Positions 8,282 through 19,400 of a stretch of 50,810 nucleotides of DNA are shown here, one piece after another (position 1 is the first letter of the stretch; each line of letters begins with the position of its first letter). The notes beneath the pieces are model-generated. The model searched no databases and was not told the origin of the DNA. It worked only from the letters and a program-made list of their open reading frames with translations. The position numbers were made by a program, and so were the translations under genes. The stretch is taken from the NCBI GenBank assembly GCA_001776775.1, contig MFDD01000006.1, positions 2,191 through 53,000 of the forward strand, in the 5' to 3' direction. This DNA is from Candidatus Daviesbacteria bacterium RIFCSPHIGHO2_02_FULL_43_12. GTDB lineage: Bacteria > Patescibacteriota > Microgenomatia > Daviesbacterales > UBA10151.

Positions 8282-9706
8282 TTAAGCAGTGGCTAGCCGT
8301 AGCATAGGCATAGCTACAGTACTTTGGGATTCTAACTGAGCGCTTTGAGGGTAATAATAAGCTAATTCTAAGATCCGGTGTAGGTTTGTATCCAAAGCTG
8401 ATTCATCATCCATATCCATAGCCAGCACTTCTCTTTTTCGGGCCCTGGCTAGCTCAATGGTCGTCGTAAAACCTGGTCGAAGCTCTTTCTCTAGCTCCGA
8501 CCTTAGCTTATCGGTTAAATAATTAAGCCCATCTGGGGCAATCTCTTCTATTGTCTCACCCTGATCATTAGTACGGGAGATACGCATTTCCGCTGGCACT
8601 GCATCAAGAGTCGCCATATCTTGAGTGACAACTAACTTTTGAAGATCAGGCACTACCGGGACTATTTCTCCAGCAGCATTTTTGGTTTTAGTTGCCCCTT
8701 CATGAATACAATCTCCGCCAAGAACTGCTACCTCCCGTCCAATATGCCACCCCACCTGATCGCCTATATCTGACCACTCAGATTCTGGCTTACCTTTATC
8801 CTTAAGATTACCAATCCACCCACCGAGAGTCTTGACAATAAATTGCTTATCTTTGGTGCTTAAGTTTTTAAATCCTTCAGGATTTGTGACCTGACCTGTT
8901 CGCCGATCAACCCCAAGTGCCCTCTTAATTTTTCTATTCATCTGCCACTTAAGCTCCCTGACCTCGTACATCCCGGTTCGAAGCGCTTCTGGTGGTGCGG
9001 TAGCCGGAACGAGCATGTCGGACATCGCTCCGTAAATCACCTCTAGGGGTTCTCCCGATTGGGTGTTTTGAGCTAGGGTAAAGCCATTAAAAGCTCCTGG
9101 TTCGGTCGCAGCAATAGTTCGATGGATGATTTGGTCGTCATCTGGGCCTACCACAGAACTACTTCCTCCGTTGACAACCTGCAGGTCATATTGATGCACT
9201 TTAGCAATTGTGCTGGTCGCGCTATCTCCTTCATTTTTGCCTTCCCCCATTCCTCTCAGTCTTTGTCTCTCGATTTCAATCGCTTCATTTGCCTGTTCAT
9301 CGGCTGTGGGAGTGCGCGGAACCCAATTTTCCATAATCACCTTGTTATCTTTGACTACTGCATCATGTCCCGACATCGCGATTTTTGACCTACTTACTGC
9401 TCGGCGAAGACGAGGTTTAATTCCTTTCGGGCTGATTACCCGTATTGTGATCCCCCACAATTTCTCTAAGTCTTTCAAGACTTGATCGGTATGGCGACGT
9501 TGATGCATATCTTTGGGGTCAGGACTTTCGGGTCCATGCTCACGGCCAATCTCAGCTAGATTATCGGCAACTACATGACCAGCAATTTCCGTTTCGAAAG
9601 TTAGGGCTTTAGTTTCTGAACTGTTCATTTTTGATCTGATTGCTTCCGATATAGCTGCAGAAGGCGGATTAGTCAACGTAGATTCCATATACTTTATATA
9701 ATCCAA
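8282..9706 (-). CDS. Divergent HD-superfamily phosphohydrolase-like protein
   Basis: HQRRHT...GHD...NEGDSA...IAAT...MSD resembles the HxxxH / HD / NExxSA / D layout of HD proteins. Confidence 0.5.
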   Translation of the reverse strand: MDYIKYMESTLTNPPSAAISEAIRSKMNSSETKALTFETEIAGHVVADNLAEIGREHGPESPDPKDMHQRRHTDQVLKDLEKLWGITIRVISPKGIKPRLRRAVSRSKIAMSGHDAVVKDNKVIMENWVPRTPTADEQANEAIEIERQRLRGMGEGKNEGDSATSTIAKVHQYDLQVVNGGSSSVVGPDDDQIIHRTIAATEPGAFNGFTLAQNTQSGEPLEVIYGAMSDMLVPATAPPEALRTGMYEVRELKWQMNRKIKRALGVDRRTGQVTNPEGFKNLSTKDKQFIVKTLGGWIGNLKDKGKPESEWSDIGDQVGWHIGREVAVLGGDCIHEGATKTKNAAGEIVPVVPDLQKLVVTQDMATLDAVPAEMRISRTNDQGETIEEIAPDGLNYLTDKLRSELEKELRPGFTTTIELARARKREVLAMDMDDESALDTNLHRILELAYYYPQSAQLESQSTVAMPMLRLATA

Positions 9707-9836
9707 TGTTTACCATTTAGTTGTCAACTAATTTTTGTCTTTTGATCTATTGACACTATTTTGACCCTTATGATATACATAGTTACATACAAACTGTATA
9801 AAGATACGTTTTCTATCACTTTGTATGTAAATCTAT

Positions 9837-10049
9837 ATGACAACTACCAAAGTTTCACTCGATAATCTCCCTGACCTACTGACCGTTAAAGAAGTCGCTG
9901 AGGTCCTCAGAGTGTCTCCTCTGACTATCAAAAGATGGGGTAAAAGGGGCAAACTTCCCGCTATTCGGATCAACTCGAGGGGAGACAGACGCTACAAAAA
10001 GGAAGCCGTTTTATGGCTCCTGGGAATTACTCAAAAGACTTCAGTTTAA
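9837..10049 (+). CDS. Stand-alone MerR/excisionase-type HTH protein (BldC-like)
   Basis: LLTVKEVAEVLRVSPLTIKRWGKRGKL...RGDRRY. Confidence 0.88.
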   Translation: MTTTKVSLDNLPDLLTVKEVAEVLRVSPLTIKRWGKRGKLPAIRINSRGDRRYKKEAVLWLLGITQKTSV

Positions 10050-10078
10050 AGATAGTTCTCACTTCATTGAAACGATAA

Positions 10079-10807
10079 TCAGAATTCTTTAGAGATATCC
10101 GCAACAAGACCGCAGTGGTCACTCACCCCGGATACTACCCTAACATCTGAGACCTTAACTCCAGGTGTGGTGAAAATCCCATCAACTACTAGCTGCAGAT
10201 CACCTTTTAGGTGCAGCTCACCATCGATGGTGGTAGTAACTTCGGCCGGTATATTATCCTGATAAAGATCGACTATCTCTGTCCAAACTGGACGGCCGCG
10301 GGGAGCATTAAAATCGCCACATAGTATAAATTCTGGGAATTTGGTCAGAATACCAAATAACTCGTGCAGGTCGCTTAGCTGACGGTCATTAGGCCAACCA
10401 TTAGGAGTCCAGGTAAAGTGGGTGTTTAGTATGGTAAACTGCCTACCTTCTTTGGTTACCTTAATCCAGCCGACTACTTTGGATACCTCACCAGGAGTAT
10501 TTTGATCATAGGGAGGAACCTTGACCAAAGGATCAGTCAGTCCATAATAATTCTCCCCCATATCTTCGAAAGGCAGACGAGACAACAGAGCGATGCCCCA
10601 ATTGTCTTGACCCTTCTTGGCATAAGATTTTTGGCACATTGGATAAAACTTAAAATTACCTGCTGTAGCCTCTTGCAGTTTGGCGAGGTCAGACTCGAAT
10701 ACTTCTTGCAGTAAGACAACATCGGCAGATTCCTGCTTTAAAAAGGATACAACTTTATCCAGATGCCTACTTCCTTCAATATTGACACAAACCAGTTTAA
10801 GAGCCAT
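10079..10807 (-). CDS. Endonuclease/exonuclease/phosphatase (EEP) family protein
   Basis: N-terminal VNI, DVVLLQE, NTH, GDFN, SDH motifs. Confidence 0.9.
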   Translation of the reverse strand: MALKLVCVNIEGSRHLDKVVSFLKQESADVVLLQEVFESDLAKLQEATAGNFKFYPMCQKSYAKKGQDNWGIALLSRLPFEDMGENYYGLTDPLVKVPPYDQNTPGEVSKVVGWIKVTKEGRQFTILNTHFTWTPNGWPNDRQLSDLHELFGILTKFPEFILCGDFNAPRGRPVWTEIVDLYQDNIPAEVTTTIDGELHLKGDLQLVVDGIFTTPGVKVSDVRVVSGVSDHCGLVADISKEF

Positions 10808-10920
10808 TTTAAAAGTATATCACAAGAGTATCACGCAGGCATTAGCCACGAATCGCGCAATGTCAAGCTCTGAAATAATTCAATTCTTTACTTAACTTTT
10901 GAAAGTGCTATATTAAAACA

Positions 10921-11172
10921 ATGTTAGATAAAAATGATTTAAACCAGATTAAAGGACTTCTGGAGCAACAAACCGAGAACTTTGACCAAAAGTTAGAGAA
11001 ACAATCTGCCTCAATAGACAAGCAATTTAAGTCAATGAAGCAGGAGATTCTAAGAGCCATAAGAAAGAGCGAGAATGCGATTATCGCCTATTTCGATGAT
11101 GCTTATTTTGAGTTGAGAAAAAGGGTAGAAAGAATCGAAGAGTATTTAAAATTGCCTCCTCTAACTGGTTAG
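10921..11172 (+). CDS. Small coiled-coil hypothetical protein
   Basis: Heptad pattern, LRKRVERIEE; TGcTATATT 6 nt before the ATG. Confidence 0.7.
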   Translation: MLDKNDLNQIKGLLEQQTENFDQKLEKQSASIDKQFKSMKQEILRAIRKSENAIIAYFDDAYFELRKRVERIEEYLKLPPLTG

Positions 11173-11871
11173 TACCGACAAAACAAACTTCAGCAAACTT
11201 AGCTGCCGTTTGATCCTCCAGGGCTGAACCATTAATCTAAACAACCACTCTAAACCTATCTTCCTCATCCACAGAGGAGCCCGGGGCACGATTCCAGCAA
11301 TATAATCAAATGCTCCACCCACCCCCATAAAAACTTTAGCCTGAACGCTCTGCAGATGCCGAACAATCCACTTTTCCTGCTTAATATGCCCCAAAGCCAC
11401 AAACAGGATATCTGTCTGGGGAAGCTTACTTAAATCTTGAGTCGTTACCCCGGAATATAATACCTCTCCTCCATTCTCGGAAAAACTTATCTTTAAACCT
11501 GGGAAGCGGGCTTGTAACACTTCAGCGCACTTCTTAGCGACCCTGTCTTGCCCTCCCAAAAACCCAACCAACCAGCCGCTTTGGGCTGCCTGGCGACAGA
11601 GCTGTTCCATAAAGTCCACTCCTGGAACAATATTCTGTACACCTCCCAACCTTAAACCAACCCCATCGGGAATACTCAAGTCAGCTTTATTTAAAATCTC
11701 CCTAAATTCCGGGTCTTTTTGAGCAGACATCACGAACTCGGGGTTGGGAGTGACAACGTATCGCTTGTCGCTTGTCGCTTGTCGCTTGTCGGCTAGCCAG
11801 GAGGAGACAAGCTCTAAAGCCTCCGGCATAGACAGATCGTCAATTTTTACTCCCAGAACTGTTTTTATCAT
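11161..11871 (-). CDS. WecB/TagA/CpsF family glycosyltransferase
   Basis: VVTPNPE, PDGVG, KQEKWI, GVGGAFD, RAP, GLEWLFRL. Confidence 0.93.
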   Translation of the reverse strand: MIKTVLGVKIDDLSMPEALELVSSWLADKRQATSDKRYVVTPNPEFVMSAQKDPEFREILNKADLSIPDGVGLRLGGVQNIVPGVDFMEQLCRQAAQSGWLVGFLGGQDRVAKKCAEVLQARFPGLKISFSENGGEVLYSGVTTQDLSKLPQTDILFVALGHIKQEKWIVRHLQSVQAKVFMGVGGAFDYIAGIVPRAPLWMRKIGLEWLFRLMVQPWRIKRQLSLLKFVLSVLTS

Positions 11872-11886
11872 GTAGTTACTTAATAC

Positions 11887-13056
11887 TTAATACTTAATAC
11901 TTTCTAATACATTAAGTGTTTCCCTGGCTGCTTTTTCCCAACTAAACTTTTTTAGCTGCTCATGACCCTCTTTTATTAACTTCACTCTGAATTCTACATT
12001 CTGCATTCTCATCATACCCTCCAGAATACTCTCTAAGCTATATGGATCAACTAAAATAGCCGCGTTTCCGGCAACTTCTGGCATTGAAGAGATATTCGAA
12101 GTTAACACCGGGCAGTTACTCCCAAAGGCCTCCAGAATTGGCAGTCCAAACCCTTCAAAAAGAGACGGAAATGCCAAGGCTAAGGCATTTTCTAAAAGGA
12201 TTTTTTTCTCTTCGTCAGTAATAAATCCTGTAAATAAAACTCTATCAGAAATCCCCATGGCTTGAGGCTGATGGTAGATCTTAGCTGACTGCCAACCTTT
12301 GTTACCAGCAAGAACAAGTTTTAAAGAGTCGTCAGTCTCCAGACTCCAGTTTTCAGACTTTTTTGCTTTTTCTCTGATAGCTGATAGCTGATGACTGAAA
12401 GCTTCGATTAATCTCTCCAAATTCTTACGGGGTTGGATGGTACCTATAAATAAGAAATATTTTTGTCTTTCAAGTCCAAATTTTTGCATAACTCCCTCCT
12501 CCTTGTCACTTGTCTCTTGGTACTTGTCTCTAGTCGGTCCACCTTCATAGATTACCGTCACTTTTTTTGGGTCGATCCCAACTCTATCTACGAGATCCTG
12601 CTTTGTGGCCTGGGACACAGCGATCAAATGAGTTGCCGATTTAAGCTGCAGCTTAGTAATCGCTTTGAGGTAGAGGGCTTGTTTAAGTTGATGCAAACTT
12701 GGCAAGTACTCCGCTCCCAGATCGTGGATTGTCATCACAGTCTTTAACCCTGGTTTACGAAATAGAGGCAGGGTGTGGGAAGGGACAAACAGTAGATCCA
12801 GATTGTCAGTAAAGGTGTGTATCGCCAAGCCAACCTGAGTCCATAACCGAGGAAAATTAATTAATTTAAACTTAAAATTCTTTGGCCAATCTGATCTGTG
12901 AACTGTGAGCTGTGAACTGCGAACCGGCCTTAGATAGACGATATAAGTATTCTTTTTGTCAATCTCTGCTAAATGTTTTAGTAACTGATATGAATATTCC
13001 TCTGTCCCTGTCCGCCTTTCGATAAAAGCTCTTGACCCATCAATACCAATAACCAT
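11887..13056 (-). CDS. Glycosyltransferase family 4
   Basis: TIHDL, GTIQPRKN, PSLFEGFGLPILEA, FSWEKAA. Confidence 0.93.
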   Translation of the reverse strand: MVIGIDGSRAFIERRTGTEEYSYQLLKHLAEIDKKNTYIVYLRPVRSSQLTVHRSDWPKNFKFKLINFPRLWTQVGLAIHTFTDNLDLLFVPSHTLPLFRKPGLKTVMTIHDLGAEYLPSLHQLKQALYLKAITKLQLKSATHLIAVSQATKQDLVDRVGIDPKKVTVIYEGGPTRDKYQETSDKEEGVMQKFGLERQKYFLFIGTIQPRKNLERLIEAFSHQLSAIREKAKKSENWSLETDDSLKLVLAGNKGWQSAKIYHQPQAMGISDRVLFTGFITDEEKKILLENALALAFPSLFEGFGLPILEAFGSNCPVLTSNISSMPEVAGNAAILVDPYSLESILEGMMRMQNVEFRVKLIKEGHEQLKKFSWEKAARETLNVLESIKY

Positions 13057-13444
13057 AGCTATATGTTACTAGTTCCCAGTGACTAGTGACAAGTTTGGCT
13101 ATTTTCGTAAAAAATTCCTTTTCCATTTTTAGCTTGTATTTTTAAGGGTTAAATGATCATTTTCCAGATCACTTTTTTGAGTAAAAAAGATAACCTAAAT
13201 TGACAAATTATCACCAAATTTTGACCCTTCAAAAACTTCCTAGATTTTGAGCTTGTAAACTGAGAAATTGCCTCTTGACGGATCTGCAGACTTTTGTCAT
13301 GATAAATTTAAGGAAGAAATTCCTAGGAATTAGGTTCACAAGTTGGGGGTTTTATCTATTTAAATCGAATTTATCCCACCCTAAACTTCTAACTAAATCC
13401 TAGGCTTTCAACTGCCCGCTATCTGGAAAAGATAGTAAAAATAC

Positions 13445-16400
13445 ATGAATAAATTGCTTGGCAAGAGCATCTCGCCCAAGCAGACGGACCATTCGGCCGC
13501 ATCAAACGCGGCACGATCAAACGTGCCTGCCGAGTTTGACTCGGTGGCTTCATCTGTGGTGGCCAAACCAACCCGGGGTTTAATTTCTATTGGTAAAGCA
13601 GCAAAGTATCTGGGGGTATCGATTGACACTCTGCGTAACTGGGAGGAGCAGAAAAAGTTAGTCTCCATTAGGACGGCCGGGGGCAGTAGGAGATATAGGT
13701 TAACAGAATTAAAAAAGTTTGCGATTGCTACTCCTAAACTTGCCAGAAAAATAGAGCAGCACAGTCACCCTAACTTTGAAGATCTCAAGCCAATCTCAAA
13801 AGCTAAAATCCCTGCATCTATATATACTAATGAGCAGCAGGGCGAACATCACTTGGGTTACGCCCCCTCTCCGATCGCTCGGGCGATTAAACAGTTTAAC
13901 CCCAGCTCCATCTTGCCATTGCCACCACCCTTTGTTATCAAGGATAAACCCCGACACCAAGTTGCGAATCATCTTAAGAAAGCTTTACAAATGGGACTAG
14001 GGGGAATTGTTGCAGCCGGATTTATTGTCACCGCCATTATAGTTGGCAGTTACTTCATTAATCCCAGACAAACAAACCAACATTTTGCCCACTCCTCTGC
14101 CCTGTCTCCTTTTAATTCCCTTGCTAAGGGATACCTGTCTATGATACTGCCCCAGAAAGCTAGGGAGTTAGGTTTAAAGAAGTCGTCAGTCGTCAGCCCT
14201 CAGTCGTCAGATAATCTGATAGCTGACAGCGAAGCGAGTCTGAAAGCTGAAAACTCTTCCAACGTCCTGGCAATCATTAACCAGAGACCCGGAACCTTAA
14301 ACATTAACGCCAATACTGCCATCAACGGAACCTTATTGATCGAAGGTGGTGTTCGGGTTACCGGAACAGACGTCAGTGGCTTGCTCCAAAGCATTACCGG
14401 CGGAGATAATGTTACGATTGTCGGTGCCGACTCCCCCAACCCTACTATCTCTGTAACCCTTCCCTCTAATTTAGTTAATTCTTTTGCTACATCTAGTACC
14501 GGAACAAAAGTATCCGGGGATATTATCTTGGGTTCCGGATTATCCCTGGCTACTGCAACTAAAACTATCTCTGTCTCCACCCCAACCCTCTCTTCGGTCA
14601 GAAGTGCCGGTGGATGTTCTGGCTGTATTACTGATGATGATGTCGATAGCGCTCTGACTATCTCATCTTCCGGATCAGTTGCGGTCGGAGCATTATCCTC
14701 GGCTGTAACTATTGCAAAGGGAGGAACGGCACTGACCTCATATACAACTGGCGATATTCTTTATGCTAACTCCTCAGGGACACTCTCTAAATTGGCCATT
14801 GGAACATCTGGCCAATCTTTGGTCGTCACCTCTGGTCTACCTGCCTGGTCATCATCCGGTGCCGGAGTAACCTCCCTAAACAGCTTAACCGGAGAATTAA
14901 CGATAGCGGGGACTTCTAATCAAATCTCGGTGGCAGCATCCTCCACCACGGTGACACTATCTCTACCTTCGACTGTTACTACCACCAACTTAAATGCCTC
15001 GTCTGCCTTGCAGTTAAACGGCACCAATATTAATACCGGTGGAACTCTTTCTAATGTTGCCTACCTGGACACAGCCCAGACCTTTAGCGCAGCGCAGACC
15101 AACTCTACTGCCGGGGCTGCCTCTACCCCAGCCCAGAAACTAACAGGAGCCTGGTATACCGGAGGATCCGGCACAACCACCAAACCTCAACTACTGATTG
15201 AACCAAGCGGAACCACCACCAATGCCTGGTCAACCTCCGGCACTGGTATTGGAGTCAATGCCGCAGCTACCTTTGCCGGAAATTTAATTGATCTGCAGCA
15301 AGCCGCTAACTCCATTTTTTCAATTACCTCAGTCAGTAGTGCTGTTAATGGCTTTAACTTCCTGGCTGGGGCAACCGGATCAGGTGTAGCTATTAGTGCC
15401 GACGGTGGGGGGTCTGATACCAACATCCCTTTAAGTATTGATGCTAAGGGCTCTGGCTTAGTCAAGATTGCGGCTACCTCTACCGGCAATGTTGAGCTAG
15501 CCGGAGGGTCTGCAGCAACCGGATGTACGATCGCCAACTCCACCGGAGCCCTGACTTGTGCCGGGGATATTACCGGTGGCTCAACCGGAACAAGCGGCTA
15601 CTGGACAAGATCAGGAACAACCCTTTCTCCGGCTACAGCCGGGGATGCGATCACTACCTCAGGTAATCTTTCAACCTCAGGATCCGGCACATTATCGATT
15701 GCCGGAACAGCCACTTTTTCATCGACCATTAACACTAATACCTTTAGCTCAACTGCCTTAACCTTTGCCTCAGGCGCAACTACTGCGGTTATCTCGCCGG
15801 CTACAGCCGGAACACATATTGAAGTAGACTCCGGCGGTGGGACAGGGAATATTTTGCTGGGTGGAGGTTCTGGTTCGACCGGGTGTACTGTCTCTGATTC
15901 AACTGGAAACCTAACTTGTGCCGGATCTATTACCGGAGGATCAGAATCTAATCAAGGGTACTGGTCAAGATCGGGAACTACCCTTTCGCCTGTCACCACC
16001 GGGGATGCGATCACTACCTCAGGGAATATTTCTACATCAGGCTCTGGTGCAGTTACCTCAGCCGGGCTCTTAACCGGACAACTTGGTTTAACTATAACCG
16101 GTGCAACCACCAGTATTAATGCCTCCTCTAACTTTGCCACTAATATTAACACCGGCACCTCAACCGGAACTATCTCACTTGGTAACTCAAGCGCCGGAGC
16201 GATTGCCATATCCGGTTCTTCAACTTTCGGAGTAACGACTACTACATCAGCCCAAACTTTCACCAGTGCGGTTGTTTCCGGAACTACTACCTCTTCAGCT
16301 TTTGTCTTTACTGATTCAAGCTTAACTACTGGAACTGGATTGTATCTTGTCTCCTCATCTCTGACTTCTGGAAAACTGGCTCATATTGCTCCGACCTTTG

Positions 16401-19400
16401 CCGGAGCTGGAGTAACAGGCTACGGAGCCTATCTTGAAGGAGCTGATTCAACAACTTCCGCCAACACCGACTACCAACTTTACTCTACTCTAGCTTTATC
16501 AGGCAATGCTGCCAAAACTGGAGTGGGTATATATTCAACAGTAACCAGCTCTTCTACCACCGGAGATACATTAATAGGATTAGACTTGGCTACAAGTGCA
16601 ACAGGTGCCCTAGCTGCCACTCAAACTAGGACAATCTATGGTTTAAGGTCTCAGCCTGCATCAACCGGAGCTTCAAATAACTCTGATGATACATTAAATC
16701 TGTATGGCTCATACTTGGCTCCAACCTCTACCCTAGCCTTGGCTGGTACGACTAATGTTTATGGACAATACATCTCTAATATTGCGACCCATAACGCTGA
16801 TGCCGGAACTGTTAACTCCTATGGACTATATATTGCCAACGGCACCTCCTCTACCAACGGAACTAATACCAAATACGGACTTTATATTGCCACCCCGACC
16901 GGAGCCGATACTAATTATGCGCTCTATATCGCGGGAGGAAATGCCACTTTAGCTGACGGAGCCCTGCTTGACCTCTCGGCGATTAACCTCTCCTCAACTA
17001 CTGAAGGGTTATTGCTGCCTCAAAACGCCACCGCCTGTTCCAGCGCTACCGCTGAGGGACAAATCTGCTGGGACACCTCAACTGATACGCTATATATCGG
17101 TAAGAGTGGTTCAACCGCGGCTGTTGGCCAGGGTGATATCACTGCAGTTGGATCAATGACCTCGGGCGCCGCTTTTGCCGACTCCGGAGCTGATGATGAC
17201 TGGCTGGGACTTGGCTCCGGAGCAGGAAGAATCGAATTTGACGACCAAACTACCGATGAAGTGAATATCCTTTCAGCCAATGTCGGAATTGGTACTCAAA
17301 CTCCTGGAGGTTCCCTGGATGTCTCAGCTGCTAAGTCGCTAACTCCCTCTTTAACTGGAGCCTATCTTTCTTTTTCGGCCTCAACCCTAACTGACTCCGG
17401 TACCGCTGCCTCCGGGACACTGGCTAATGCAGCTTTTAACTCGATTGCCGCCCCGACCCTGGCTGCTACCAACACCTCAGTAGTGACAGACCATGCCTAT
17501 ACTCTATACCTGGCCGGACCCCCAACTGCCGGTACCAATGAAACAATTAATAATAGCTACGCCTTAGGAGTTAATGGTAAAACCCAGCTGGCTAATGCAG
17601 TTGAACTGTCCGGTTCAACCGATGCCACAACTACTGTTGGCACCCGGGTCGAGGGGGCCTGGTCAGTTACTAATCTAGCCGCCGGCACTAATACCTATAA
17701 TTACCGCCGGGCCATTACTGTCACTAATAACGACTCCTCCACTGCCCTGCCAACCAATTATGAGCTCACTATTACCTTAACCACTGGAGCCAGCTCACAA
17801 TCATCTGATGTTTGTGCAACCACCAAAAACGACTCCTCTGACCTGATTGTGGCGAAATTAACTGGCCCGACTGAGATTGCCAGAAATATTACCCGTACCT
17901 CGTGCGCTGCCGGGTCTCAACAGATTGTGGTTAAATTCTTAAATCAAGCTTCAATTGCCGCCTCTGGCACAGCTACCTATTATCTATATTATGGCAACTC
18001 CGGCAGCTCAAACACTGCTCCCACAACCTACTCAACCTCAGCAGTTGTCCTGGATAGTGCAGATAACGTTGGTTCGTGGACCAGTAATGATTCAACTAAC
18101 TTTGCTATTTCCCAGGAGACGACCATCAAACAAGAAGGGACAGGGTCAATCAAGGCAGTTGCTGTTCAAAACTGCTCAACTTGCGGAGATATCGGGGTAT
18201 TCGCAACCACCAACCAGGGACAATTACCGACAACGCGGGCGTATTTTAATACTACGGAAAGTGTTGTAATTGGTGGAACAGGTTATCTCTACTTTATAGG
18301 AGGTGACTGGGCACCAGTTCTTTCAACTGTGTATAAATCTACCATCACTACAGCTGGAGATCTCGGCTCATTTGTAACAACCTCCCAGGCACAGTTACCC
18401 CTTGGCCTATCCTACATGGCCTCAAATATCGTTGATGTTGGTGGTACAAATTATATCTATATTATCGGTGGCTACAACCCAACAACCTATTCAAGCGTAT
18501 ATAAGGCTCAAATTGGCTCAACAGGAAATATTGGAGCCTTTGCTACTACCTCACAAGGACAAATGCTTGAACTTATTTGGCAAAACGCATCTACCGTTGC
18601 AAGCATTAGCGGGACATCATATATCTATGTACTAGGAGATGCTGACGGAAATACTTCAGCCGTCTATAAAGGAATGATTAATCCAGCCAATGGTGATGTC
18701 GGGTCTTTTGCTACCACCTCACAAGGACAACTAAAGGTTGCCACTGTATTTGGAGACGCTACAACCGTCACTATTGGAGGAACTAATTATGTGTATATAG
18801 TAGGAGGAAATACTATTTCCACTGTTTATAAAGCTCAAATCGATACTTCAGCAAACATAGGTTCATTTAATTCTACCTCCCAGGGACAGCTGCCGGCAGT
18901 GATATACAATCCTGCAGTTAATCCTTTTACCATTGGCGGCACGAATTATCTATATGTCTCTGGTGGAGAAGTCTCAACTGTTTATAGAGCAACTCTTGAT
19001 GGTTCGGGTAATGTCGGTTCTTTTGTGACAACTGGGCAAGCACAATTTCCCGCAGCCATTAGAAGCCTGTCTAACATAGTCACTCTGGGTACTTCAAGTT
19101 ACTTCTACGGACTGGGGAATGGCAGTGCATCTGTTGTATATAAAGGAAAAATTACCACTACCTATGATCCATCCGGAGATGTCGGGGCATTTTCTACCAC
19201 ATCTCAAGGACAACTACTCGCTACTCGGCTTCAACTAGGCGGAGCATTGGTGGCTGTCGGCGGGACGAATTATATCTATGCAATCGGAGGGGATTCTGCT
19301 TCAACTGTTTATAAAGCCCAGATTGGATCATCAGGCAATGTCGGCTCATTTGATACTACCTCCCAGGGACAGCTACCGGCCAATATCGAACAAATTGAGA

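Noticed and set aside
9837-10049. Prophage or ICE excisionase marking a mobile element
   Set aside because: No integrase, att sites or phage genes nearby; better explained as a stand-alone regulator.
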